This document shows positions 10,284 through 20,746 of a stretch of DNA of 64,000 nucleotides, piece by piece (position 1 is the stretch's first letter; each line of letters starts with the position of its first letter). The notes below the pieces were generated by a model. The model made no database searches and had not been told where the DNA came from. It worked only from the letters and a program-made list of their open reading frames with translations. Origin of the DNA: Patescibacteria group bacterium (lineage in GTDB: Bacteria; Patescibacteriota; WWE3; CG2-30-40-12); the NCBI GenBank assembly GCA_018817085.1, contig JAHIUT010000038.1, positions 9,441 through 73,440 of the forward strand, read 5' to 3'. The position numbers and the translations under genes were made by a program.

Positions 10284-11114
10284 ATGAAAAACTCACAAAA
10301 AGGTTTTATCGTGCCATTACTTCTCGTGATTATTGCGGTGTTGGTAGTCGGAGGCGGTGTTTATATTTACGAAAATAAAAAGATAGAAGCACCTGTTGTC
10401 ATTGATACTGAAACAGAGTCATCAAATCAAGATCAGCAAAAGACAGATACGAAAACTCCCAGCCAAACTCCAACCCCTTCTCCAATCCAACCTTCAACTA
10501 AAAACCCTACATTAAGTAATAATTGTGAAAATTTAGTTACTTACAGTGCAAAAGCATATCAAGATGGCTGGGAAAAAACATTCAAGAAAGAAAATAATCT
10601 TTCCGACTCAGAATTTAATGCTTATATTACTGTTAGTTCTGTATCATTGAGACCACTAGGACTTACTTGTGAATTAGAGATAAGATATGCAGTAAAGAAA
10701 GATTGGTTGCTAGTGAATCAAATAGACAGCATGACGCTTGGTGTTCCGCCAACTATTTCGCCTAGCAATCTTCCTCTTGAGAGCGACCCAACACAATCTG
10801 GACGAATAGGAGTATCAACAGTAAATCTTCACGACTCGTTGTCTTTCAAGAGCCAAACCCAAGCCCTTAACTATTATGTAAGTGCGTATAATCTGAAAGG
10901 TACTGGTGCCAAAATTCAGCAACAAGGTTTCCAAAATTTCTGGAATAAAGAAAGTGCAGAAAAATCCGGTTATCCTTTCGCTGGCGAAGGTGGCGAAGCA
11001 TTTATATCGGTGTCAGGTACTATCAACCAAAGTCAAAACAAATGCTATCGTGGCGAGTTGTCTCTTGTAACCAAGGAAACAACATACCATGATATGCCAT
11101 GTTGGATTAACTAA
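10284..11114 (+). CDS. Hypothetical surface protein with prepilin-like leader
   Basis: MKNSQKG/FIVPLLLVIIAVLVVGGG leader, Pro/Thr linker, four Cys. Confidence 0.75.
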   Translation: MKNSQKGFIVPLLLVIIAVLVVGGGVYIYENKKIEAPVVIDTETESSNQDQQKTDTKTPSQTPTPSPIQPSTKNPTLSNNCENLVTYSAKAYQDGWEKTFKKENNLSDSEFNAYITVSSVSLRPLGLTCELEIRYAVKKDWLLVNQIDSMTLGVPPTISPSNLPLESDPTQSGRIGVSTVNLHDSLSFKSQTQALNYYVSAYNLKGTGAKIQQQGFQNFWNKESAEKSGYPFAGEGGEAFISVSGTINQSQNKCYRGELSLVTKETTYHDMPCWIN

Positions 11115-11149
11115 GGAAAAACTTTAAGTTTTTCCTGATTCAAGGGAGC

Positions 11150-11191
11150 AATCCCCGCCGTTTTATAATGTCTCCTAAAAACGGCGGGGAT
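11150..11191. terminator. Perfect 16-bp hairpin
   Basis: AATCCCCGCCGTTTTA-N10-TAAAACGGCGGGGATT downstream of the 11114 stop. Confidence 0.6.
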
Positions 11192-11446
11192 TTGTGCGCG
11201 CACAGGGCGGGCGGGGCAAGCACATATAGATTTGTTTGTGCCTAGCACAATCCATATTTTGAGTTACCACTACCAGTCATCGAAGCCACAGAGTTTAGAG
11301 CCACCACAGAACGCCGAGAGGAAGCGCCTCGTATCGCCGTGAGGACGGAGAAATGAACAACTCCAAAGAACCATAAATGATATAATACAAATGTTCATTT
11401 TGTAGTCTGAAACGGCGAAGCAAAACCAAAAATTTCCTTTTCTTAT

Positions 11447-11538
11447 TGGTGCCGAAGGTGGGACTTGAACCCACATCCCGATTTTTAGTTGGGACACGGT
11501 TCTGAACCGTGCGCGTCTGCCAATTCCGCCACTTCGGC
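11447..11538 (-). tRNA. tRNA-Leu(CAG)
   Basis: GCCGAAG acceptor stem, anticodon arm CACGG-TTCAGAA-CCGTG, long variable arm, GGTTCAAGTCC T-loop, encoded CCA. Confidence 0.95.
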
Positions 11539-11649
11539 AAGAGATGAGCTGTTTGCGAATCCTTGCCCGAGAGGTCTTTGTAGCTTTAGCGAAAGAGACC
11601 ACTTCGGCATTTCTTAATTTCTACCATTTTTTAAGGTAAAATAGAAGAT

Positions 11650-12867
11650 ATGCGTATTTGGAAATGGCGGGGGAAAAAACATAAAAATAGAGCACTTGTC
11701 CTTTTTGGGCTACTACTATCCTTTCTGATTTTATTATTTTCGGGAATAGTTGCTATGAAAAACCGTTCTTTTCGTCCTTTGGAAGAAAGATATCATCCTG
11801 TTGAAGAGTTAGTATCCCAAATAAACTATTCAAAAATAAAATTTGAGGGGTCAAAAACTTGCGTTTCCACAAGCTACAATACCAATTTGGGGAATGTTCA
11901 AGATATTATTGGTTACCAAAACAATAAATTCGGACTTTATATTTACGCGGAAGAAGATTATGTGGAACTTGCCGGCGACCTTGTAAATTCTAACGGCGGA
12001 GATTGGGGATATGTTCTTATTCCTATAAATGTTAGAGACTACGATGGCGGTAAATGGAGAGAGGTTTTTAGAAAACTTAACGAAAAACATTTAATTCCAA
12101 TTTTGCAATTATGGGATTTGTCCAAAGAAGACGAAGAAGGACAACTAAAAGAATGCGCGCAACTTTTAGATTCCTTAGAGTGGCCTATTAAGAAAAGATT
12201 TGTAAGTGTTTTTAACGAGCCAAACGACTCGCGATTTTGGAGAGAGGGGGCGGACCCTAGCGAGTACGCGGAGGTGTTAGACAAAACTATAGCCATATTT
12301 AAAAATCAAAATGAAAACTTTTTTATGTTAAACGGCGCTTTTAACTCTTCCGCTAGAAATGGAGATGGGTACATTGACGAGGAAGAATTTATTATCGCAA
12401 TGAACAAAGCCGTTCCCGGGATTTTTAATAAACTGGACGGGTGGGCAAGCCACCCTTACCCCCAACCTGCTTATAGAGGGAGCCCATTTTCGATTGGGCG
12501 TGACAGCATAAAGGCTTATGATTGGGAATTAAATTTACTCAATAAACTATTTGGAGTAAATAATTTGCCCGTATTTATAACCGAGACTGGTTGGGCACAC
12601 CGCGAAGGTATTATTTACAATGACAATTTTTTGAGCCAAGATGTTGTGGCAAGCTATTTTGTAAAAGCCTTTAAAGAAGTTTGGGGACCGGATACCCGTG
12701 TTGTAGCGGTTACCCCATTTACTATTAGGTACAATCCCCCCTTTGACCATTTCTCGTGGATAGATTTTAACGAGAACTTTTATCCTCAATTTAGGGCGGT
12801 GCAATCTTTGCCAAAAATAAAAGGCTTGCCTCCTTACTTAATCAAAAAAGAGGTTGTGTGTGAATAG
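11650..12867 (+). CDS. Membrane-anchored clan GH-A glycoside hydrolase
   Basis: N-terminal TM, FNEPN acid/base, SHPYP, ITETGW nucleophile. Confidence 0.8.
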   Translation: MRIWKWRGKKHKNRALVLFGLLLSFLILLFSGIVAMKNRSFRPLEERYHPVEELVSQINYSKIKFEGSKTCVSTSYNTNLGNVQDIIGYQNNKFGLYIYAEEDYVELAGDLVNSNGGDWGYVLIPINVRDYDGGKWREVFRKLNEKHLIPILQLWDLSKEDEEGQLKECAQLLDSLEWPIKKRFVSVFNEPNDSRFWREGADPSEYAEVLDKTIAIFKNQNENFFMLNGAFNSSARNGDGYIDEEEFIIAMNKAVPGIFNKLDGWASHPYPQPAYRGSPFSIGRDSIKAYDWELNLLNKLFGVNNLPVFITETGWAHREGIIYNDNFLSQDVVASYFVKAFKEVWGPDTRVVAVTPFTIRYNPPFDHFSWIDFNENFYPQFRAVQSLPKIKGLPPYLIKKEVVCE

Positions 12868-12883
12868 ATATTTGTTATAGAAT

Positions 12884-14227
12884 ATGTCCATAATGGAACG
12901 AACATTAATTATAGACTCTTTCCAAAAACTAAATGAAAAAGTTATTATTAAAGGTTGGGTTTCTGCAATTAGGGACCACGGAAAAATAAAATTTGTGGAT
13001 ATTTCCGACCGAAGTGGCATCTTGCAAACAGTTTTATCCTCCGAAAAAGAAGTTTCTATGGGCGATGTTTTAAAAGTTTTGGGAACCATTAAAAAAAGAC
13101 CCGAAAAAATGGTTAATACCAAAATCGTTACAGGTACGGTGGAACTTGAAATAGAAAAATTGGAAGTGTTGGAGAAAGCGGGGGAATTTCCTTTTGATAT
13201 GGGGGATGCTGATTTAAAAGTGTCTTTAGAAATTTTGTTGGATTATCGTCCGCTTACTTTAAAACACCCCAAAACAAAAGCGATTTTTAAAGTTCAGGAA
13301 ACAATCGTCCATTCTTTTAGAGAAACTCTTAAATCTCTTGGGTTTACGGAAATTTTTGTTCCCACGCTTGTTCCTTGCGCCACCGAGGGGGGCGCCGAAG
13401 TTTTTAAGGTGGATTATTACGATGGAAAAGCGTACCTTGCGCAAAGTCCTCAACTTTACAAGCAAATTATGGTGGGGGTTTTTGAAAGAGTGTTTACCAT
13501 AGCTCACGCTTATAGGGCGGAGCCTAGCGTTACTACGCGACATATGAGTGAATATGTGTCTTTAGATTGCGAAATGGGGTTCATAGAAAGTTTTTCGGAT
13601 ATTTTGGATGTGGTGGAAATTGTGGTTAAAGGAATTTTTAAAAGTTTAAACAACACTTGTCTAAAAGAGCTTGCGCTTTACAATGCCAAAACTCCCCTTG
13701 TCTCGGAGAAAATTCCAAGAATAAAAATGAGAGAAGCGCAAGAAATTATTCTTAAAAGAACCGGGCGAGATAACACAAAAGAACCTGATTTAAGTCCTGA
13801 GGACGAAAAAGAAATTTGCCAGTATTCAAAAGAAAAATATCAGTCGGAACTTATTTTCATAACTCACTACCCTACCAAGAAAAGACCGTTTTACACCTAC
13901 CCAAGCGACGACGACCCTGAATATACAGACAGCTTTGACCTTTTGGGCAGAGGTCTTGAGTGGATTACCGGCGGAAGAAGAATAAACAATTACAATAAGT
14001 TATTGGATAACATTAAAAAATGGGGCAATAAAAAAGAGGATTTTGAGATTTATTTACAGGCTTTTAAGTACGGTATGCCCCCCGAAGGCGGTTTTGCGGT
14101 TGGCGCCGAACGGGTTACTATGCAGGTATTGGGACTTAAAAATATTAGAGAGGCATCGCTCTTTCCCCGAGATATGCAAAGGGTGGATATAAAAATTTCC
14201 AAGGAGAAAAAGGATGGCGCGAAATAA
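12884..14227 (+). CDS. aspS: Aspartyl-tRNA synthetase, short archaeal-type (probably non-discriminating)
   Basis: LAQSPQLYKQ, YRAEPS, YGMPPEGGFAVGAER, SLFPRD. Confidence 0.93.
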   Translation: MSIMERTLIIDSFQKLNEKVIIKGWVSAIRDHGKIKFVDISDRSGILQTVLSSEKEVSMGDVLKVLGTIKKRPEKMVNTKIVTGTVELEIEKLEVLEKAGEFPFDMGDADLKVSLEILLDYRPLTLKHPKTKAIFKVQETIVHSFRETLKSLGFTEIFVPTLVPCATEGGAEVFKVDYYDGKAYLAQSPQLYKQIMVGVFERVFTIAHAYRAEPSVTTRHMSEYVSLDCEMGFIESFSDILDVVEIVVKGIFKSLNNTCLKELALYNAKTPLVSEKIPRIKMREAQEIILKRTGRDNTKEPDLSPEDEKEICQYSKEKYQSELIFITHYPTKKRPFYTYPSDDDPEYTDSFDLLGRGLEWITGGRRINNYNKLLDNIKKWGNKKEDFEIYLQAFKYGMPPEGGFAVGAERVTMQVLGLKNIREASLFPRDMQRVDIKISKEKKDGAK

Positions 14228-15179
14228 ATCTAAAATATCCATATTTAGCCTTTTTCTAATTGTCTTATCTTTAGGAGTTTTTTTATACGCGCTTTATTTT
14301 CGCTATACCCACCCGGTTAAAAAATTTAACCCGCCTTTAACAGTACAAGAAGAGCCTAAAGAAAACCTTACCGAAACTGTAGTTTTGGGTGAAAAAACGG
14401 AAGATTCTCCCGCGCCAGTTAAAAAAGAAACCCCCCCAGTTCCTAAAGTTACCGCGTTGTCTTACATTGTTTACGATGTAATGCAAGACAAAATAGTAGC
14501 GGATAAATACCCCGACCTTATTCTTCCTCCCGCTTCCACTACTAAATTAATGACGGCGTTAGTGGCTTTGGACGAATACTCTATTGAAGATGTTTTGCCT
14601 ATACCAAAAGATTGTCTAAAACTTCCGGGAACGCAGGCGTATCTGTTAGACGGAGATTTTTTATCAGTGGAGAGTTTACTTTATGCTCTTTTGCTTCCTT
14701 CAGGATCCGATGCGGCTTGTGTTTTGGCGCAGGGACATAATAACCCTTCGGATTTTTTGGCTAAAATGAACAAAAAAGCGGAGGGAATGGGTTTAACGCA
14801 CACCCGTTTTGACAATGTGATAGGGCTGGACAGCGATAATGGAAACCAACTTTCTACAGCGTCCGATTTGCTGATTATTGCAAGAGAGGTATGGAAAAAC
14901 CCGGAGCTGATGAAAATTGTGGGTACAAGATATTATAAAGCGCCGTCCCACGATTCCAGCAAGACCTATACGATTAGAAATACTAATGAGTTGTTGTTCT
15001 CGCTTCCGGGAACGGTGGGTATGAAAACGGGTACTACGGAAAAAGCGGGAGAGTGTTTAATCTATGCTTATGCGAACACCAGCAAGGATAAAAAAGTAAT
15101 TATTATAGTTATGGGCAGTAGCGAGGGGTCCCGCTTTACTGACACAAAAAACCTTTTAGATTGGTATTTAGCGTTGTGA
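14214..15179 (+). CDS. D-alanyl-D-alanine carboxypeptidase (peptidase S11)
   Basis: PASTTK (SxxK), SGS at the SxN position, KTG; N-terminal TM. Confidence 0.85.
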   Translation: MARNKSKISIFSLFLIVLSLGVFLYALYFRYTHPVKKFNPPLTVQEEPKENLTETVVLGEKTEDSPAPVKKETPPVPKVTALSYIVYDVMQDKIVADKYPDLILPPASTTKLMTALVALDEYSIEDVLPIPKDCLKLPGTQAYLLDGDFLSVESLLYALLLPSGSDAACVLAQGHNNPSDFLAKMNKKAEGMGLTHTRFDNVIGLDSDNGNQLSTASDLLIIAREVWKNPELMKIVGTRYYKAPSHDSSKTYTIRNTNELLFSLPGTVGMKTGTTEKAGECLIYAYANTSKDKKVIIIVMGSSEGSRFTDTKNLLDWYLAL

Positions 15180-15186
15180 ACTATCT

Positions 15187-16470
15187 ATGATTAAAGTTAT
15201 AGAGAATTATTCAAATATACTGAAATCGCCGGAATTGAGAAAAAAACTTCTGGTCACACTGCTTATCTTTGGTATTTTTAGGATTTTGGCGCATATTCCC
15301 GTTCCGGGGGTTAATGTTTCGGGGATAAAAGAATTTTTTGCGTCAAGCCAGCTTTTGGGTCTTTTAGATATTTTTAGCGGCGGGGGGATGCAAAATTTTT
15401 CGGTGGTTACTTTGGGGTTAAACCCCTATATTAACGCATCCATAATTTTTCAGCTTTTAACTATGGCAATACCTCAACTGGAGGAGTTGTCAAAAGAAGG
15501 AGAGAGTGGAAGGCAGAAAATTAATCAATACACCAGGCTTGTGAGCGTGCCTCTTTGCGTTTTGCAAGCTTATGGAATGTATTTCTTCCTGCATTCTCAA
15601 AAAATAGTTCCGAGTTTGGATATCTTTTCAATAGCTATTTTGGTTATTACTATGACGGCGGGTTCTGTTTTATTGATGTGGCTTGGGGAGCTGGTTGGCG
15701 AGTATGGGCTGGGTAACGGCATATCTCTCTTGATTTTTGCGGGAATAGTTTCAAGATTGCCTTCTTCTATTGGAAGAACAGCGGTATCCACAACGGGAGA
15801 TGGGGCCCTTAACCTTACATTGTTTTTTGTTTTGGCGCTTGTGGTTATTGCCGGTATAGTTTTTGTAAATGAGGCAACGAGAAATATCCCTATCCAATAC
15901 GCCCGTCTTGTAAAAAAAGGTTCGTCAGGATATGGGTCTTCTACCTATTTGCCTTTAAGAATAAATCAAGCGGGGGTTATACCTATTATATTTGCGGTGT
16001 CTTTGGTTTTGCTCCCCTCCGTTTTGGGAAATTATCTGCAAGGAGTTAATAATTCAACCATAAGCGGGATGGCTAAGTTTTTAACTTATAACTTTCAGCC
16101 AAACAGCATTCTTTATAATGTTTTATATTTTGCGTTGGTTGTGGGGTTTACCTATTTTTATACTGCGGTTACTTTTAATCCCGAAAAAGTTGCCGACGAG
16201 ATTAAAAAGAACGGCGGGTTTGTGCCGGGAATTCGTCCTGGAAGAGCCACTTCGGAATATCTAAATGTTATTTTAACCAGAATAACTTTGCCCTCGGCGG
16301 TGTTTTTGGGATTAATTGCCATTTTGCCTGCGGTTATGCAATCGGTAACGGGAATATCCACTTTAAGCATTGGCGGAACGAGTGTTTTGATTGTGGTGCA
16401 AGTTGTTCTTGAAACTATGAAACAAGTAGAATCCCAACTTGTTATGAGGGATTATGAAGGTTTTTTGTGA
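15187..16470 (+). CDS. secY: Preprotein translocase subunit SecY
   Basis: [36 protein letters not shown]. Confidence 0.98.
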   Translation: MIKVIENYSNILKSPELRKKLLVTLLIFGIFRILAHIPVPGVNVSGIKEFFASSQLLGLLDIFSGGGMQNFSVVTLGLNPYINASIIFQLLTMAIPQLEELSKEGESGRQKINQYTRLVSVPLCVLQAYGMYFFLHSQKIVPSLDIFSIAILVITMTAGSVLLMWLGELVGEYGLGNGISLLIFAGIVSRLPSSIGRTAVSTTGDGALNLTLFFVLALVVIAGIVFVNEATRNIPIQYARLVKKGSSGYGSSTYLPLRINQAGVIPIIFAVSLVLLPSVLGNYLQGVNNSTISGMAKFLTYNFQPNSILYNVLYFALVVGFTYFYTAVTFNPEKVADEIKKNGGFVPGIRPGRATSEYLNVILTRITLPSAVFLGLIAILPAVMQSVTGISTLSIGGTSVLIVVQVVLETMKQVESQLVMRDYEGFL

Positions 16471-16482
16471 TAGAATACAATT

Positions 16483-17331
16483 ATGGACGATATAACGACA
16501 ACAATATTGCTTGGCGACTCGCAAGAAGTGTTGGAAACCTTGAGCGAAGACTCAATTGATTTGATTATAACCTCCCCACCGTATGCCGATAGACGAAAAA
16601 ATACTTATGGGGGTATAGCGCCAAAAAAATATGTTGAATGGTTTTTGCCAATAAGTGAACAATTACTGCGGGTTTTGAAACCAACAGGAACATTTATTTT
16701 GAACATTAAAGAAAAGGCGGAAAACGGGGAGCGCACTACTTATGTTCTTGAACTTATTTTGGCTTTACGAAAACAGGGTTGGTTGTGGACAGAGGAATTT
16801 ATTTGGCATAAAAAAAATTGCTATCCGGGTAAGTGGCCAAATCGTTTTCGCGACGCGTGGGAACGAATGCTCCAGTTTAATAAGACCCGAGATTTCAATA
16901 TGTATCAAGAAGCGGTTATGGTGCCAATTGGTGATTGGGCGAATGGGCGGCTGAAAAATTTAAGCGAAATTGATAAAATACGGGACGATTCTAAAAGTGG
17001 TAGTGGGTTTGGCAAGAACATATCCAACTGGTTAAAGCGAAGCATGGTATATCCGACCAATGTTTTACAATTTGCTACTGTTTGCAATAACAAAAAGCAC
17101 AGCGCTGCTTTTCCAGAAGAATTGCCGGAATGGTTCATTAAACTTTTTACTCAAGAAAACGATTGGATTTTAGATCCATTTTTGGGATCTGGTACAACAT
17201 CGGAGGTAGCGCAAAGGATGAGACGCAACTCAATAGGCATTGAAATAATACCTGAGTATGTAGAGATGTTCAAAGAAAAAATAACTCAAAAAGAACCATC
17301 TTTAATTAGTCATAATAAAATTATCGTATGA
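16483..17331 (+). CDS. Site-specific DNA methyltransferase (beta class, N4-C/N6-A)
   Basis: TSPPY catalytic motif precedes HSAAFP and DPFLGSGTT SAM-binding motif. Confidence 0.92.
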   Translation: MDDITTTILLGDSQEVLETLSEDSIDLIITSPPYADRRKNTYGGIAPKKYVEWFLPISEQLLRVLKPTGTFILNIKEKAENGERTTYVLELILALRKQGWLWTEEFIWHKKNCYPGKWPNRFRDAWERMLQFNKTRDFNMYQEAVMVPIGDWANGRLKNLSEIDKIRDDSKSGSGFGKNISNWLKRSMVYPTNVLQFATVCNNKKHSAAFPEELPEWFIKLFTQENDWILDPFLGSGTTSEVAQRMRRNSIGIEIIPEYVEMFKEKITQKEPSLISHNKIIV

Positions 17332-18071
17332 AAGAATTAGATTTGCAACAAATTTATGAATATGTAGAAAAACACATCTCAATCTTTCATCAGAGGAGAT
17401 TGGATTATGTGCAAAATAGGGTCGACCTGCTCAAAATTTTGAAGCAGAAAAATCCTTATCTTTTCAAAGCCAAAAATATCCTTACCGCACAAGATTTGAT
17501 TAAGGGGTTTTTGGACGCTTTTTTACAATCACAAGAGGAAACTTTATTTGGGGATTTTATTGAAGGGTTGGCGATTTTTGTTTGTGATAAAGTATTTGGC
17601 GCAAAAAAATCAGAATTGACGGGTGTTGATTTGGAATTTGAGAAAAATGGAACTATATATATTGTTGAAATTAAAGCTGGTTGGAATTGGGGTAATTCAA
17701 GTCAAATCAGACAACTACGGATCAATTTCGAAACCGCGAAAAAAGCAATACGGGTCAAAACTAGTAAAGAAATAGTTGCAATTAATGGATGTTGCTTTGG
17801 CAGAGACAACAAACCAGATAAAGGTGATTATTTAAAACTGTGCGGGCAACGCTTCTGGGAATTTATTTCTGGGAGCAAGGAATTATACATAAACATTATT
17901 GAGCCTATTGGGTATGAAGCAAAAGAAAAAAATGAAGAATTTATGGAAAATTACGCTTGTATTATAAATAAACTTACGCTTGAATTTTCACAGCAATTTT
18001 GTGATGATGGGAAAATTAATTGGGCAAAATTGGTAGAGTATAATTCGGGTTTTGAGAAAATAAAAGTATGA
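17328..18071 (+). CDS. Type II restriction endonuclease (EcoO109I/PmeII-like family)
   Basis: KNPYLF, ETLFG, GVDLE...VEIKAGWNWGN PD-(D/E)XK core, CGQRFW; ATGA-coupled to the MTase. Confidence 0.75.
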   Translation: MKELDLQQIYEYVEKHISIFHQRRLDYVQNRVDLLKILKQKNPYLFKAKNILTAQDLIKGFLDAFLQSQEETLFGDFIEGLAIFVCDKVFGAKKSELTGVDLEFEKNGTIYIVEIKAGWNWGNSSQIRQLRINFETAKKAIRVKTSKEIVAINGCCFGRDNKPDKGDYLKLCGQRFWEFISGSKELYINIIEPIGYEAKEKNEEFMENYACIINKLTLEFSQQFCDDGKINWAKLVEYNSGFEKIKV

Positions 18072-18280
18072 ATAATGAGCAAAACAAGGAGATAATTTAT
18101 TCCATAACAGTTGAGGATTTACAAGATGAAGCTATTTGCCGAATCGGCAGAAAATTAACAGACGATGAATTATACACCGCAAAGAAATGTATTGAGTGGG
18201 GGTTGTCATCTGTTATTGATATAACTATGAAAGCCGCGATTGAGGAAGCGGTTGCACAAGACCGCAAAGCCGAACATTGA
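18068..18280 (+). CDS. Hypothetical protein (70 aa) coupled to the RM pair
   Basis: ATGA overlap with the REase stop. Confidence 0.6.
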   Translation: MNNEQNKEIIYSITVEDLQDEAICRIGRKLTDDELYTAKKCIEWGLSSVIDITMKAAIEEAVAQDRKAEH

Positions 18281-18375
18281 TATTCTTACAAAATCAAAAT
18301 TCTCACAATGACGAACGAGAAAGTTACTTTGTGATGAAATGGATGGAACAGATTAGTAAAAAGGGGGTGTTTTTT

Positions 18376-18645
18376 ATGTTTAATCCGGGAAAAATTAAAG
18401 ATTTATACAACTTAAAAAAACAAGCCGACGAGATGAAGCGCGAGATGGAAAAGATTGTGGTAGAAGTGGAAGAAAAGGGTGTAAAAATAGTAATGCAAGG
18501 CGACCAGAAAGTTGTTAGTGTTATGGTGGATGGGGAAGATAGCCCCAAATTAAAAGACGTTTTTAACAAAGCTGTAAAAGAGAGTCAGAAAAAGACCGCC
18601 AAAAAAATGCAAGGCAGGCTTTCGGATTTGGGTTTGGGGTTTTAA
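18376..18645 (+). CDS. YbaB/EbfC nucleoid-associated protein
   Basis: LKKQADEMKREME...GVKIVMQGDQKV...FNKAVKESQK; start MFNPG after GGGGGTG. Confidence 0.85.
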   Translation: MFNPGKIKDLYNLKKQADEMKREMEKIVVEVEEKGVKIVMQGDQKVVSVMVDGEDSPKLKDVFNKAVKESQKKTAKKMQGRLSDLGLGF

Positions 18646-18649
18646 GAAT

Positions 18650-19180
18650 ATGAAGATTATTATTATGGGCCCGCAGGGTTGTGGGAAATCTACTCAAGCG
18701 GAAAAAATTTCCGAAAAACTTAATATTCCGCATATTTCAACTGGTGACATTTTTAGAAAGCTGGAAAAAAGCAAAAGCCCTTTAGGAATTAGGGTTTTTA
18801 AGGAGATGTTGTCTGGAAAACTAGTTTCCGATGATGACACTATGCTTGTTATAAAAAGGGAATTGTCCCAACAAAAATACAAAAACGGTTTTATCATAGA
18901 CGGGTTTCCGAGAAATGTGTATCAAGCAAAACATTCTCCATTTAAGCCGGATATAATTTTGTATTTAAAAGTTTCCAAAGAAGTGTCCTTTGCGCGTTTA
19001 ATTGAAAGGAAAAGGGAAGACGATACCCCCAAGGTTATAAAAACGAGATTGTCGGAATATTACAAAAACACCACCCCTGTTCTTGACTACTACGAAAAAA
19101 CGGGAGTTCTAAGAACTTTTAACGGTGAACAGGAAATTGAGGGTTTATATCGGGAGTTAATCAAAGAGCTGGCGAGATGA
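18650..19180 (+). CDS. adk: Adenylate kinase (short LID)
   Basis: GPQGCGKSTQ, HISTGDIFR, DGFPRN, REDD. Confidence 0.95.
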   Translation: MKIIIMGPQGCGKSTQAEKISEKLNIPHISTGDIFRKLEKSKSPLGIRVFKEMLSGKLVSDDDTMLVIKRELSQQKYKNGFIIDGFPRNVYQAKHSPFKPDIILYLKVSKEVSFARLIERKREDDTPKVIKTRLSEYYKNTTPVLDYYEKTGVLRTFNGEQEIEGLYRELIKELAR

Positions 19181-19968
19181 TAATAATAAAAACTCCTTTA
19201 GAAATAGATAAAATGCGAAAAAGCGGATTTTTGGCGGCTACCGTTATGAAAAGGACTTTGGGATTTATTCATCCGCACCTTACCACAATGCAGGTGGACA
19301 AATTTATAAAGTCCCAAATAAAATCTTTTCACGCTTTGCCTTCCTTTATAGGGCAAGATGGCTATGAGTTTTCTTCTTGTATAAGCGTAAATGAAGAGGT
19401 AGTTCATGGTTTGCCTTCGGAAAGAAAAATTAAAAAAGGTGATTTAGTGTCTATAGATTTGGGGGTTTTGTATGATGGCTATCATTCGGATATGTGTGGA
19501 ACTTTGGAAGTAGGCGTTGGTAAGCTTTTATTGCCGTGTAAAGGGTCAAAGGAGAGTTGGGAGTTGGAAAGGTGTCAAAACAAATTTTTAGAAGTGGGAA
19601 TTAAAGCGTTAGACAGAGCAATTGAACAATGCAAACCGGGAAATTTTGTGGGAGATATCTCCTACGCTATGCAAAGAACAATTGAGGAAAACGGTTATTT
19701 TGTGGTCAGAGATTTGGTGGGGCATGGTATAGGAAAAAACTTGCATGAAGACCCGCAGGTGCCTTGTTTTGGAGAAGCAGGAAGGGGACCCAAGCTTATT
19801 GAGGGTATGGTTTTAGCCATTGAGGTAATGTACACTAAGGAAAATATTCCGCTTAAAGTGCTTTCGGATGGATGGACTTTTGCAACAAAGAACAAAAGTC
19901 TATCGGCTATGTTTGAGCACACGGGGGCTGTAACTAAAAATGGTTGTGAGGTGTTGACGAAACCCTGA
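19177..19968 (+). CDS. map: Methionine aminopeptidase type I
   Basis: [13 protein letters not shown]...HSD, GHGIG..LHEDP, AIE, FEHT. Confidence 0.95.
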   Translation: MIIIKTPLEIDKMRKSGFLAATVMKRTLGFIHPHLTTMQVDKFIKSQIKSFHALPSFIGQDGYEFSSCISVNEEVVHGLPSERKIKKGDLVSIDLGVLYDGYHSDMCGTLEVGVGKLLLPCKGSKESWELERCQNKFLEVGIKALDRAIEQCKPGNFVGDISYAMQRTIEENGYFVVRDLVGHGIGKNLHEDPQVPCFGEAGRGPKLIEGMVLAIEVMYTKENIPLKVLSDGWTFATKNKSLSAMFEHTGAVTKNGCEVLTKP

Positions 19969-19981
19969 TTTATGTTAAAAT
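19954..19981 (+). promoter_or_regulatory. Internal promoter upstream of infA
   Basis: TTGACG-16 bp-TAAAAT with TG extension. Confidence 0.5.
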
Positions 19982-20003
19982 ACCCAGAGTTATACAAAAC
20001 TAT

Positions 20004-20222
20004 ATGCAAAAACAGGGATTAATTGTTAAGGAAGGCATAGTGTTGGAGTCTTTGCCCAATGCTATGTTTAAGGCGCGTATGGAAGACGAGAGCGAAATTT
20101 TGGCTCAAATTTCAGGTAAAATGCGCAAATACCATATTAAGGTTCTTCCGGGCGATAAAATTAAAGTTGAAATGAGTATTTACGATACCAAAAGAGGACG
20201 GATCGTTTTTAGATATACTTAA
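20004..20222 (+). CDS. infA: Translation initiation factor IF-1
   Basis: LPNAMF, ISGKMR, GRIVFR. Confidence 0.97.
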   Translation: MQKQGLIVKEGIVLESLPNAMFKARMEDESEILAQISGKMRKYHIKVLPGDKIKVEMSIYDTKRGRIVFRYT

Positions 20223-20231
20223 CAAAACAAA

Positions 20232-20348
20232 ATGAAAGTAAGGGCTTCGGTAAAAACAATGTGCAGAAATTGTAAAATCGTTCGCCGGAAAGGCGTTGTT
20301 TTTGTTATTTGTTCTGCTAATCAAAAGCATAAGCAGAGACAAGGTTAA
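20232..20348 (+). CDS. rpmJ: 50S ribosomal protein L36
   Basis: [38 protein letters not shown]; not in the ORF track. Confidence 0.97.
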   Translation: MKVRASVKTMCRNCKIVRRKGVVFVICSANQKHKQRQG

Positions 20349-20353
20349 TTAAT

Positions 20354-20740
20354 ATGCCAAGAATAGTGGGGATTGACATACCAAATGAAAAAACAATAGG
20401 CACGGCCTTAACTTATATTTATGGAATTGGCGATAAAGTTTCTTTAAAAATACTTTCTTTGGCAAAAATTGACCCTGCTACGCGCGCCAAGAATTTAACG
20501 GAGGAAGATACAGCTAAAATTAGGCAAGCAATAGAGGATTTGCAAGTTTCTATAGAAGGGGAACTAAAAAGAACGACAAGCCAGAATATTAAAAGGTTAA
20601 TGGATATCCGTTGTTTTAGAGGTATTCGGCATCAAAGAAAGCTTCCGGTAAGAGGTCAAAACACCAGAACTAACGCAAGAACAAAAAGGGGAAAACGAGC
20701 AACTGTAGGCGGAATGAAGAAGATACTGCAAAAAACTTAA
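20354..20740 (+). CDS. rpsM: 30S ribosomal protein S13
   Basis: ALTYIYGIG, LPVRGQNTRTNART. Confidence 0.98.
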   Translation: MPRIVGIDIPNEKTIGTALTYIYGIGDKVSLKILSLAKIDPATRAKNLTEEDTAKIRQAIEDLQVSIEGELKRTTSQNIKRLMDIRCFRGIRHQRKLPVRGQNTRTNARTKRGKRATVGGMKKILQKT

Positions 20741-20746
20741 TTTTAT

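Noticed and set aside
11191-11208. TTGTGCGCGCACAGGG as a tRNA 3'-end att remnant
   Set aside because: Too short, with no T-loop sequence and no matching tRNA in the window.
11270-11602. ORFs overlapping tRNA-Leu, and 32449-32634 overlapping tRNA-Pro
   Set aside because: Explained by the tRNA genes; the translations are not protein-like.
14214-15179. SxN-to-SGS change in the DD-carboxypeptidase
   Set aside because: Single-residue variant with SxxK and KTG intact; not enough to claim a new function.
19510-19580. Roughly 15-aa insertion in methionine aminopeptidase as an intein or repeat insertion
   Set aside because: Far too short for an intein, with no splice motifs and no match to the palindrome families seen here.
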